From an uncultured Gammaproteobacteria bacterium (GTDB lineage: Bacteria > Patescibacteriota > Patescibacteriia > Patescibacteriales > WJLG01), in the NCBI GenBank assembly GCA_964395625.1, contig CAYNAR010000002.1:781-64780 (forward strand): DNA of 64,000 nucleotides, given 5' to 3'. This document shows, one piece after another, positions 1-7,105 of this stretch. Each line of letters opens with the position of its first letter. Within the stretch, counting starts at the first letter, position 1. The position numbers and the translations under genes were made by a program. The notes under the pieces were generated by a model. It ran no database searches. It was not told the origin of the DNA and saw only the letters and a program-made list of their open reading frames with translations.

Positions 1-1
1 C

Positions 2-166
2 AAGCAAGAATTTAGCTTAAAAGACGCCTGCTTTGATTATATAAAGTTCATAGAGAAACGCCATAAACAGCTGAATACTAAAACGGCGAAAGAGTTGGTT
101 AAAACCGATTATGAAAAATGCAAGAAATTCGTTGAAGATATTTTGAAGGTGTATAATGTAAAGTAA
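2..166 (+). CDS. 3' end of an unidentified protein-coding gene truncated by the window edge
   Basis: The frame is open from the first bases to TAA at 164-166 (...KFVEDILKVYNVK*). It has no recognisable motif and is AT-rich like the next gene. Confidence 0.3.
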   Translation, partial: KQEFSLKDACFDYIKFIEKRHKQLNTKTAKELVKTDYEKCKKFVEDILKVYNVK

Positions 167-235
167 TTATGTGGTTACGACAAGCTTGATAGTTGTTGAA
201 ATAATTTTTTAAATTATAATTAATTTGCGTAGAAG

Positions 236-745
236 ATGATTATAACAGCCGAATATTATAAAGAGAGAAGTTTTAAATTAGCGAATTTTTTAGTTGATGA
301 ATTTAATGATATTCCCGACATGGTTTATTTTTTAAATTTATCAATGGCGATAGAGCTGTTGTTAAAAAATTTAATTATTTTTCAAGTTTTTAATGTGTAT
401 AAAAATAAAGACAAAAACGAAACTAATTATCAGTTATTTTTAATTGAAGTGAGAAAGGAAATGAGAAGGGCGTCTCATTGCTTGAATGATTTGTTAAGCT
501 TTGATGAAGACTTAAAAAGTGAATTGTCGATAAAATTTGTTGAAAAAAAAGAAAATGAGTTTATTGATCAATATGTAGTTAGTTTTAATAATGGGGATAT
601 TTTAATAATTCCAACCTTGGAAGCTTTGAGGTATGGACCGTTTTCTTCTCAAGGGCATGTTGCGGAATTTTATGATAAAAAATTAGCGTTGAAATTTGTT
701 ACTGATATTAAAAGATATGTGGAATCTAGGGTGGTTTATTATTGA
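236..745 (+). CDS. hypothetical protein, loosely HEPN-like all-helical protein
   Basis: 169-aa track ORF. The SMAIELLLKNLII helix and an RRASH motif only loosely resemble HEPN proteins. The region is visibly AT-rich compared with neighbouring genes. Confidence 0.5.
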   Translation: MIITAEYYKERSFKLANFLVDEFNDIPDMVYFLNLSMAIELLLKNLIIFQVFNVYKNKDKNETNYQLFLIEVRKEMRRASHCLNDLLSFDEDLKSELSIKFVEKKENEFIDQYVVSFNNGDILIIPTLEALRYGPFSSQGHVAEFYDKKLALKFVTDIKRYVESRVVYY

Positions 746-777
746 TTAATGATAAAGAATTGTGAAGTTTTTAATTC

Positions 778-806
778 TTGACACTTTTGTTAGAATAATA
801 TAACAT
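778..806 (+). promoter_or_regulatory. sigma70-like promoter TTGACA-17-TAACAT for the membrane-protein/XRE operon
   Basis: TTGACA lies at 778-783, followed by a 17-nt spacer and TAACAT at 801-806, about 40 nt upstream of ATG 845. Confidence 0.5.
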
Positions 807-840
807 TGTAATTAGTTAGAAATAATTAACTAATTACAAT
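805..840. promoter_or_regulatory. perfect 14-bp inverted repeat (candidate operator)
   Basis: ATTGTAATTAGTTA (805-818) and TAACTAATTACAAT (827-840) are exact reverse complements separated by 8 nt. The repeat overlaps the -10/+1 region and ends 4 nt before ATG 845. Confidence 0.6.
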
Positions 841-844
841 TTTT

Positions 845-1396
845 ATGCAACTCTCCGCTAAGCAATATCGGGCCGTCAAATTGGCCATCGTTTTGGTTCT
901 GGCCGCTCTCTTTAGCCAGCCGGTTATTTTTAAGAATTATCTCATTTCTGTGCCGGTACTCATCGTCGGCTCTGCGACATTGATTTTCTTCCGCAAGTAT
1001 GTCAAAGACGTCATGGTCGACGAGCGCGACTATGCCACGGCCGGAAAAGCGTCGGCGATAGCCATTCAGCTTTATTCGTATATCGCCGTCATTGGCATGT
1101 TTATCTTTTATTCCTTAGCCGAGCGTAATCCTTTCTATCAGGTCATTGGCATGACTTTGGCTTTGTCCACTGTCGTCTTGCTACTTTTGAGCGCGGCCAT
1201 CTTTCATTATTATAATAAATTCAAATTCACCGATAAAAAATTTCTTTTCACGGTGGCGGTTATAATCTTCTTCTTGATCTTGTCAGTATTCTCTATTCGC
1301 GCTTTGTCCGGTGAGGACGATTGGATGTGCCAAGACGGGGAGTGGGTGAAGCACGGCAATCCGTCTTTCCCAGCGCCGAATATAGAGTGTAAATAA
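845..1396 (+). CDS. integral membrane protein (about 4 TM segments; tentatively DUF2178-like) with a Cys-containing C-terminal tail
   Basis: 183-aa track ORF with several hydrophobic segments and the tail CQDGEWVKHGNPSFPAPNIECK. It is paired with a small XRE regulator, as in known membrane-protein/HTH pairs. Confidence 0.7.
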   Translation: MQLSAKQYRAVKLAIVLVLAALFSQPVIFKNYLISVPVLIVGSATLIFFRKYVKDVMVDERDYATAGKASAIAIQLYSYIAVIGMFIFYSLAERNPFYQVIGMTLALSTVVLLLLSAAIFHYYNKFKFTDKKFLFTVAVIIFFLILSVFSIRALSGEDDWMCQDGEWVKHGNPSFPAPNIECK

Positions 1397-1400
1397 ATAA

Positions 1401-1445
1401 CCACACACCCCGGCCTTGCGGCCACCCCTCTGACAGAGGGGAATT
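1401..1445 (-). repeat. copy A of a ~45-bp two-hairpin palindromic repeat (inverted orientation, intergenic)
   Basis: The reverse complement reads AATTCCCCTCTGTCAGAGGGGTGGCCGCAAGGCCGGGGTGTGTGG. This is nearly identical to two segments inside ileS (21962-22009 and 22361-22403). Confidence 0.85.
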
Positions 1446-1451
1446 AAATCT

Positions 1452-1643
1452 ATGAAGAATAACATAAAGGAACTGCGGGCAAAATTGAATATGACCCAAG
1501 AAGACTTGGCTAAGAAGGCTGGCGTTAGGCGCGAGACTATCGTTTTCTTAGAGCAAGGGAAATACAATCCGTCTTTAGGGTTGGCTAATGATGTGGCTAA
1601 GGCTCTTAAAAAGAGAATCGACGAAGTTTTTGATTTGGCTTAA
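1452..1643 (+). CDS. XRE (Cro/C1) family helix-turn-helix transcriptional regulator
   Basis: 63 aa. [41 protein letters not shown] is a textbook XRE HTH. Confidence 0.85.
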   Translation: MKNNIKELRAKLNMTQEDLAKKAGVRRETIVFLEQGKYNPSLGLANDVAKALKKRIDEVFDLA

Positions 1644-1742
1644 TTTTTGGACATCGACCGCCTACTATTGACTTTTTTGTGTAAATGTTGTATTGTTTAG
1701 TCATAAATTTGTCATTTTAAAGTACAAGCAAAGGAGGATATC

Positions 1743-1919
1743 TTGAAAAAACCGTTTAAATTCGGAAACAATAAGGGTTTTACCCTCGTTGAGCTTATTA
1801 TCACTGTTGCGATTATCGGAATCCTTTCTCTTATGGTTCTTCAGCGCTTCGGTTGTGTCAAAGACTATGGCTATGGAAATTACCATCACCATTATCATCA
1901 CGCCGAAGACGATGATTGA
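1743..1919 (+). CDS. minimal prepilin-type (type IV pilin-like) protein, 58 aa, TTG start
   Basis: Absent from the ORF track (under 60 aa). A GGAGG SD lies 5 nt upstream of the TTG. MKKPFKFGNNKG|FTLVELIITVAIIGIL is a class III signal with G-1, F+1 and E+5. The tail is YGYGNYHHHYHHAEDDD, and a hairpin plus T-tract follows. Confidence 0.75.
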   Translation: MKKPFKFGNNKGFTLVELIITVAIIGILSLMVLQRFGCVKDYGYGNYHHHYHHAEDDD

Positions 1920-1948
1920 TCTTTGCTTGAATGTGTAGTTTTATGCTC

Positions 1949-1985
1949 CCTCGCTGTCTTTAAAGATGGCGAGGTTTTTTATTTG
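1949..1985 (+). terminator. intrinsic terminator after the pilin gene
   Basis: CCTCGC (1949-1954) pairs with GCGAGG (1969-1974), followed by TTTTTTATTT. Confidence 0.6.
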
Positions 1986-2079
1986 CAAAAAGTATTTGTG
2001 TGTGTTAAATTTGTCGTCTGTTCTTTTTTAATCAAATATTCAATAAATAACCGCGTATAATACGCAGAAGGAGTTCGCG

Positions 2080-3135
2080 ATGACTAGGAGAAGTTTGTTT
2101 ATGGATAGAAACAGTCTAGTGGATAAAATTAAGGCGACATTTTTAGGAGTCGCGATTGGTGATGCCTTGGGAATGCCTTATGAGAAATTGAAGCACGAGG
2201 AGGTGATAGCTTTGACCGGTGGCGACGTCAGTCGCTATGTCGATCCGAACGACAAGCATTTTCTCAAAGGGATACTTCGAGCCGGCGATACGACCGACGA
2301 CACCCAGCTTACGCTGGTCGTGGCCGAATCTTTGATAGCCTGCAGTGGATTCAATATCGAAGATTGCATCGCTAAACATGTCGTCGCCATGAAGAAGTCT
2401 ACTTTCGGTTGGGGGAAAGGGACGGTTTCCGCCATCAACAGATTAATAGACGGTGTCGATCCGCGTCTTAGCGGAACGATCGACGGTGCCGGAAATGGTG
2501 TTTCCATGAAGATAGCTCCTTTCGGAATCCTGATGGCGTTGTCTTATTTGCATCATGGTTGTTTGTCTAAAAGCGAAATTTTTAGAAGGGACATTTTTGA
2601 CCTTGGACTGATGACGCATCGCTCCGCCATGGCGCAGGCGTCCGGTTGGGTTCAGGCTCGGTCGGTCATGAATTGTTTTATCAGTGATTCCAAAGAGGGT
2701 GGATTCGCGGATCGTTTCTTGGCGGATGCCGTCGGGGCATGTGCCGATGGTGAATCGATAAATAGAGGGATAGATGGCATAAAGGAACGACTCGTCGACA
2801 GATTTGTCGAGATGCTTTATGATCAGATTTATTTTAAAGACATTCCTTTTTTGGCGACTCATTATGGGAAAGCTCCTTTTTATGTCTATGATTCTCTGCC
2901 TCTTTCTTACGCCTGCTTTCTTAAGAATCCTTATAGCATAGAATCGCTTTATGATGCCATCAGGGCGGGCGGGGACACCGATACGAACGCCTCCATGGTT
3001 GGGGCTCTCTTGGGGGCACTGAATGGGACGGCTGTTTTTCCGAGGTATTTGTTGGATAATTTGAATGACTACAAAGAAGTCGTAAGAATCGCCCATCTTT
3101 TTTGCGATCGATTCTTGGACTCGGCTCTTTTGTAA
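2080..3135 (+). CDS. ADP-ribosylglycohydrolase family protein
   Basis: 351 aa. GVAIGDALGMPYE, GDTTDDTQLTL and GGDTDTNASMVGALLGALNG match ARH/DraG-family motifs. A GAAGGAG SD lies 6 nt upstream. Confidence 0.85.
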   Translation: MTRRSLFMDRNSLVDKIKATFLGVAIGDALGMPYEKLKHEEVIALTGGDVSRYVDPNDKHFLKGILRAGDTTDDTQLTLVVAESLIACSGFNIEDCIAKHVVAMKKSTFGWGKGTVSAINRLIDGVDPRLSGTIDGAGNGVSMKIAPFGILMALSYLHHGCLSKSEIFRRDIFDLGLMTHRSAMAQASGWVQARSVMNCFISDSKEGGFADRFLADAVGACADGESINRGIDGIKERLVDRFVEMLYDQIYFKDIPFLATHYGKAPFYVYDSLPLSYACFLKNPYSIESLYDAIRAGGDTDTNASMVGALLGALNGTAVFPRYLLDNLNDYKEVVRIAHLFCDRFLDSALL

Positions 3136-3144
3136 TTTTTTTTA

Positions 3145-3179
3145 AACGGTGATTTTTATCGCCGTTTTTTTATTTTTTG
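3145..3179 (+). terminator. intrinsic terminator
   Basis: AACGGTGA pairs with TCGCCGTT (one G-U pair), followed by a long T-tract. Confidence 0.6.
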
Positions 3180-3205
3180 ACCGCACCATTCTTTTGAGTT
3201 AGAAT
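3177..3205 (+). promoter_or_regulatory. promoter TTGACC-17-TAGAAT
   Basis: The -10 hexamer ends at 3205, exactly 7 nt before ATG 3213. It overlaps the track start ATG 3204. Confidence 0.5.
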
Positions 3206-3212
3206 GTATTTT

Positions 3213-4007
3213 ATGGATGCTATAATAAAAGTTGAAAAACTGACTAAAAAATTCAAAGATTTTACTGCTGTTGATGATATTTCTTTCGAAGTTAAACCGG
3301 GAGAGATTCTGGCTTTTTTGGGCCCGAACGGTGCTGGCAAGACTACGACGATTAAGATGTTGACGACGATACTTAAGCCGACATCGGGTAGTATCGTGAT
3401 AGCCGGGCATGATCCGGTAAAACAGCAAGACGAAGTTCGTCGTTCTTTCGGTATCGTCTTTCAAGATTCCAGTATCGATGACGATTTGACGGCTCAGGAG
3501 AATATGGAGATTCATGCCGCCTTGTATCACTTACCGCCGACCGGACGCAGAGAGTATATCGCCAAACTTCTGCAGTTCGTAGAATTGGACGATAGACGCA
3601 AGGAATTGGTGAAGAATTTTTCCGGCGGTATGCGTCGTCGTTTGGAGATAGCCAAGGGTTTATTGCATCACCCGAAGATTTTATTTTTGGACGAACCGAC
3701 GCAAGGGCTCGATCCGCAGACGCGCAATCATATCTGGGAGTATGTTAAGAAGATGAATCAAGAAGAGGGGATGACCGTGTTTTTCACCACTCATTACATA
3801 GAAGAGGCTGATCGCTATGCCAGTCGTGTGATGGTTGTCGACCATGGTAAAATCGTCGCCTCCGGCACGCCGGATGAAATAAAAGCTCAAGCAGGAAAAG
3901 ACGATTTAGAGGATGCCTTTATCGCTTTGACCGGCCACGAGATTCGTGAAGAGAAGGTTGATGCCGGCGATCGTATGAAAATGCACGTTCGCGCCAGGAG
4001 GGGTTAA
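3213..4007 (+). CDS. ABC transporter ATP-binding protein (ABC-2/DrrA type)
   Basis: Walker A GPNGAGKTT, signature FSGGMRRRL and Walker B ILFLDEPT. The track start is 3204; I prefer ATG 3213 (MDAIIKVEKLTKKF) because the -10 box covers 3204. Confidence 0.9.
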   Translation: MDAIIKVEKLTKKFKDFTAVDDISFEVKPGEILAFLGPNGAGKTTTIKMLTTILKPTSGSIVIAGHDPVKQQDEVRRSFGIVFQDSSIDDDLTAQENMEIHAALYHLPPTGRREYIAKLLQFVELDDRRKELVKNFSGGMRRRLEIAKGLLHHPKILFLDEPTQGLDPQTRNHIWEYVKKMNQEEGMTVFFTTHYIEEADRYASRVMVVDHGKIVASGTPDEIKAQAGKDDLEDAFIALTGHEIREEKVDAGDRMKMHVRARRG

Positions 4008-4016
4008 ATATAAAAT

Positions 4017-4763
4017 ATGGAAATAGTCTATCAACTTTGGCTTAGGCAAGTAAAAAAATATTTTCGTTCCAAGTCGCGCATCTTCGGCTCTTTAGGTCAA
4101 CCGATACTTTTTATGTTGGCTTTCGGCTTCGGCTTCGGTCCGGTCTTCGCGCGTGCCGGCGAGGGGAATTATTTGGAATTTTTGGTGCCTGGCATAATCA
4201 CGATGAGTATAGTATTTATGTCGGTGTTTTCGGGTTTGGAGATAATCTGGGATAGGCAATTCGGTTTCTTGAAGGAGATGTTGGTGGCGCCGGTCGGTCG
4301 AATAAGAATAATGTTTTCACGTTGTTTGGGCGGGGCGACTGTGGCGTCTTTTCAGGGATTGATAGTTTTATTGTTGTCGCTTTTTGTGGGTTTTAGACCG
4401 GATGGCGTTTTAGCTGTGCTTTTTTCCGTATTTTTCATGTTCGTCGTCGCCTTTATCTTTACGCTTGTCGGCACCGGCATAGCCTGTCTGCTTAAAGATT
4501 TTCACGCCTTTCAGCTGATAGTCAATTTCTTGATCATGCCATTGGTTTTTCTTTCCGGCACTTTCTTTCCATTGAACGGATTACCGAAGGCGTTAGCCAT
4601 CGTCGTCAAGATTAATCCATTATCCTATGGTGTGGATGCGATTCGTTCTTGCCTGGTCGGATATGGTAATTTTCACATCTTTCATAGTTTATCCGTCCTT
4701 GGCGTGATAATGGTCGTGTTTTTGGCTGTGGCCAGCTATCTTTTTTCTAAGATCGAAATTTGA
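4017..4763 (+). CDS. ABC-2 type transporter permease
   Basis: 248 aa with multiple TM segments, immediately downstream of the ATPase gene. Confidence 0.85.
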   Translation: MEIVYQLWLRQVKKYFRSKSRIFGSLGQPILFMLAFGFGFGPVFARAGEGNYLEFLVPGIITMSIVFMSVFSGLEIIWDRQFGFLKEMLVAPVGRIRIMFSRCLGGATVASFQGLIVLLLSLFVGFRPDGVLAVLFSVFFMFVVAFIFTLVGTGIACLLKDFHAFQLIVNFLIMPLVFLSGTFFPLNGLPKALAIVVKINPLSYGVDAIRSCLVGYGNFHIFHSLSVLGVIMVVFLAVASYLFSKIEI

Positions 4764-4798
4764 ACTGTCGTTTAAAGACTCGAATAGACTATATTTTC

Positions 4799-4826
4799 AA
4801 GGGGGTGTTTGACACCTCCTTTTGTT
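4799..4826 (+). terminator. intrinsic terminator
   Basis: GGGGGTGT-TTG-ACACCTCC followed by TTTTGTT. The loop and 3' arm also contain a TTGACA that, with TAGATT at 4832-4837, could serve the next gene. Confidence 0.55.
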
Positions 4827-4856
4827 AAGGCTAGATTGTATAGTTAAAAGTAACTT

Positions 4857-6011
4857 ATGAAGAAGGCGATATTTTTTTCGATAATAATTTTTTTCTGTAT
4901 ATCCTTGCCTAGGCCTATTTTGGCGGCCTTCGAGGACAATGCCTCCAGCGTTTTGGCCGGACGCATTTTAAAGGGCGGTTCTTTTTTGTCCGAATTTTGG
5001 TATGTCGACCCCACCGATTTTCATCGCTACGATATCGGCCTAGGGAAAGTCGAATATTCCAAGATGAAAGAACTCGCTGTCGTTCTAAAGGGTGTTAAGC
5101 TGGGGGGCGCTTCTTTGGGGGATGAAAAAATGCTTAACGGAAGGTTTGTTGTCGACGATTCGAAAAAACTTTATTACGTGAGTCGCTCCGGCGATTTCTT
5201 TTGGGATATGAGCGATGAAACTAATAATCCATTTCTCATGGAAGTGCTGGCGACTTCGACTTGTCTTTTGGCCGATATCCCGACCGCTAAAATAGTTTTC
5301 AATGAAAAAGGCGAAGAAGTCGGAAGGAAATGGCAATATCTTGGCTGGTGGGGTAAGGGCAACGCTAAGTATATTCCGGCGATGTCGGAGCCGAGTGTTA
5401 AAAGTAAGCGAGTCGGAGCTTATTCTGTAAAAAATCGGTTAAAGATTTTGATAGCTAAAAAAATAGACGGCAAAGATTGGTATCAGGTGGATGGCGGTAT
5501 GCACAAGGGCGCTTGGGTGGAAGCGAAATTCGTCGATCCGATCCCGCAACCGGTTCCTGAAAAAAGGCCGGCTTTATTACGGAGGCCGGTGAAGGATGAT
5601 GAGTATTGGGTCGATGTCGATATGACTAGATATGTCCTGACTATGTTCAAAGGACAAGATCCGGTTTTCGCTACCTATGTCTCGATCGGCATGGACGACA
5701 GTCCGACTTTGCCCGGCTCTTATAGTGTCACTCATAAATATAAGAAGACCAGAATGCATGGCGCCCCGCCGACGGCTACCCATTATTACGACCTTGAAGA
5801 CGTTCCTTGGACGATGTATTATTTCGATTCTTACGCCCTGCATGGCGCTTATTGGCAGGACGAGTTCGGCGGGAAGAGGAGTTCCGGCTGTACTAATTTG
5901 ACTATCGGCGACGCTAAATTCATTTTTGATTCGCTCGGCCCGAAAGGGGACGCTGAAAAAATACGTTACTCTAAGACCAATTTAGGGTCGATGGTCTATA
6001 ATCACTATTGA
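4857..6011 (+). CDS. secreted L,D-transpeptidase (YkuD domain) with an SH3-like segment
   Basis: N-terminal signal peptide. The C-terminal HGAYWQDEFGGKRSSGCTNL matches the YkuD His...SxGCxN catalytic motif. Confidence 0.8.
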   Translation: MKKAIFFSIIIFFCISLPRPILAAFEDNASSVLAGRILKGGSFLSEFWYVDPTDFHRYDIGLGKVEYSKMKELAVVLKGVKLGGASLGDEKMLNGRFVVDDSKKLYYVSRSGDFFWDMSDETNNPFLMEVLATSTCLLADIPTAKIVFNEKGEEVGRKWQYLGWWGKGNAKYIPAMSEPSVKSKRVGAYSVKNRLKILIAKKIDGKDWYQVDGGMHKGAWVEAKFVDPIPQPVPEKRPALLRRPVKDDEYWVDVDMTRYVLTMFKGQDPVFATYVSIGMDDSPTLPGSYSVTHKYKKTRMHGAPPTATHYYDLEDVPWTMYYFDSYALHGAYWQDEFGGKRSSGCTNLTIGDAKFIFDSLGPKGDAEKIRYSKTNLGSMVYNHY

Positions 6012-6038
6012 CATTTTTCTTAAAATGTTATATTATTG

Positions 6039-6080
6039 GAGCTAATATTTGGAATAATCTAATATTAGCTCTTTTAAAAT
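6039..6080 (+). terminator. intrinsic terminator of the L,D-transpeptidase gene
   Basis: Perfect 11-bp arms GAGCTAATATT (6039-6049) and AATATTAGCTC (6061-6071), followed by TTTTAAAATTT. Confidence 0.55.
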
Positions 6081-6172
6081 TTATTGGAAGGAGAGAATTT
6101 TTTTATTTTATCGCTTCACTTGTTTTTATAATGGATATTTCGCAATGTTTACCAGTTTTTAAGGAGTTTAAG

Positions 6173-7018
6173 ATGGGATCAGAGAAAAAAAGTGAATTCG
6201 TAAAAGCCATCGTCAAACATGATGGTTACACAAGGATATTCGATGATATTCAAGTGGATAAAGAAGCTCAGAGTAACGAACAGCGTGTTATAGTCGGAAA
6301 AAGTCCGTTCTTGGGAAAATTGTTGATTATCGATGACGAGATTCAATTCACAGAATCTTGTTATAAGATTTATCATGAATTATTCTGCTACCCGGCAATG
6401 ATTTTAAGACGTAGTGATAATATCGCTATTTACGGTGGTGGCGATGGCCTTTTGGCATCGGAAATCGTCAAACTCGGTTGCAGGCCAACTATGGTGGAAC
6501 TCGATCCGCAGGTTGTGAAGATGTGCGGTGAATATTTTCCAGACCTTAATTCTTTGGGTTTCGATAAAGAGAAAGGTGCGAAAATAGTCTATGAAAATGT
6601 GTTGTTGCACAAACCGCAGAAACTTTACGATGTCATTTTTGTAGATTTGACCGATCATGTGGCTTGTCCGTTCCTTTATGATGACAGCGCCCTGGATAAA
6701 TATAAAAAAGATTTAGCCCCTGGTGGCTTAATAGTCTTTTATGCCGAACCGAAAATAGGCGCTGATGGCTTTTATAATAAGCTTCGTCGGCATTTCAAAT
6801 ATAATGTCCTCTATGGGGCTTATATGCATTTTGTCGGTTCATTCTTCACGTTCGGGATATTTTCCGATCGACAAATAAGCGTAAAGAAGATTAAACAAAC
6901 CAGCTGGGTCGGGGATTATTTTTCAGGAACTCTCTTCCATGAGATAGATGATCGCTTTTTGTCTTTTTATAAGACGAATGCTGTCGAAGAATTCGACATC
7001 GAAGACGAAGAAGATTGA
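6173..7018 (+). CDS. spermidine synthase-like (polyamine aminopropyltransferase fold) protein
   Basis: IYGGGDGLLASEIVKLG, VELDPQVVKMCGEYFP and YDVIFVDLTD match SpeE-type motifs. The start was moved from track 6008 to ATG 6173, which has an AAGGAG SD. Confidence 0.7.
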   Translation: MGSEKKSEFVKAIVKHDGYTRIFDDIQVDKEAQSNEQRVIVGKSPFLGKLLIIDDEIQFTESCYKIYHELFCYPAMILRRSDNIAIYGGGDGLLASEIVKLGCRPTMVELDPQVVKMCGEYFPDLNSLGFDKEKGAKIVYENVLLHKPQKLYDVIFVDLTDHVACPFLYDDSALDKYKKDLAPGGLIVFYAEPKIGADGFYNKLRRHFKYNVLYGAYMHFVGSFFTFGIFSDRQISVKKIKQTSWVGDYFSGTLFHEIDDRFLSFYKTNAVEEFDIEDEED

Positions 7019-7026
7019 TTCGCTAT

Positions 7027-7056
7027 AGCGGGGTATTAAAACACCCTGCTTTTTTA
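7027..7056 (+). terminator. intrinsic terminator
   Basis: AGCGGGGT pairs with ACCCTGCT, followed by TTTTT. Confidence 0.55.
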
Positions 7057-7105
7057 TTGGCGCCATTATCTTATTTTATGTTATAATTTTAGTTCACGAT
7101 AACAT

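Noticed and set aside
1701-1901. A 66-aa minus-strand track ORF (MMIMVMVISIAIVF...).
   Set aside because: The + strand at the same locus has a strong SD, a textbook prepilin signal peptide and a terminator. The minus-strand ORF is its antisense shadow.
6008-6172. N-terminal extensions in the track ORFs, with track starts at 6008, 10293, 18468, 23660, 25115, 39788, 40046, 43123, 52321, 57329 and 59669.
   Set aside because: The extensions begin at TTG/GTG or upstream ATG codons, add non-conserved residues ahead of well-known N-termini (for example MPRDYALDK of EF-G and MLMPKKTKYRK of L16), and often overlap terminators or promoters. Internal ATG starts were preferred.
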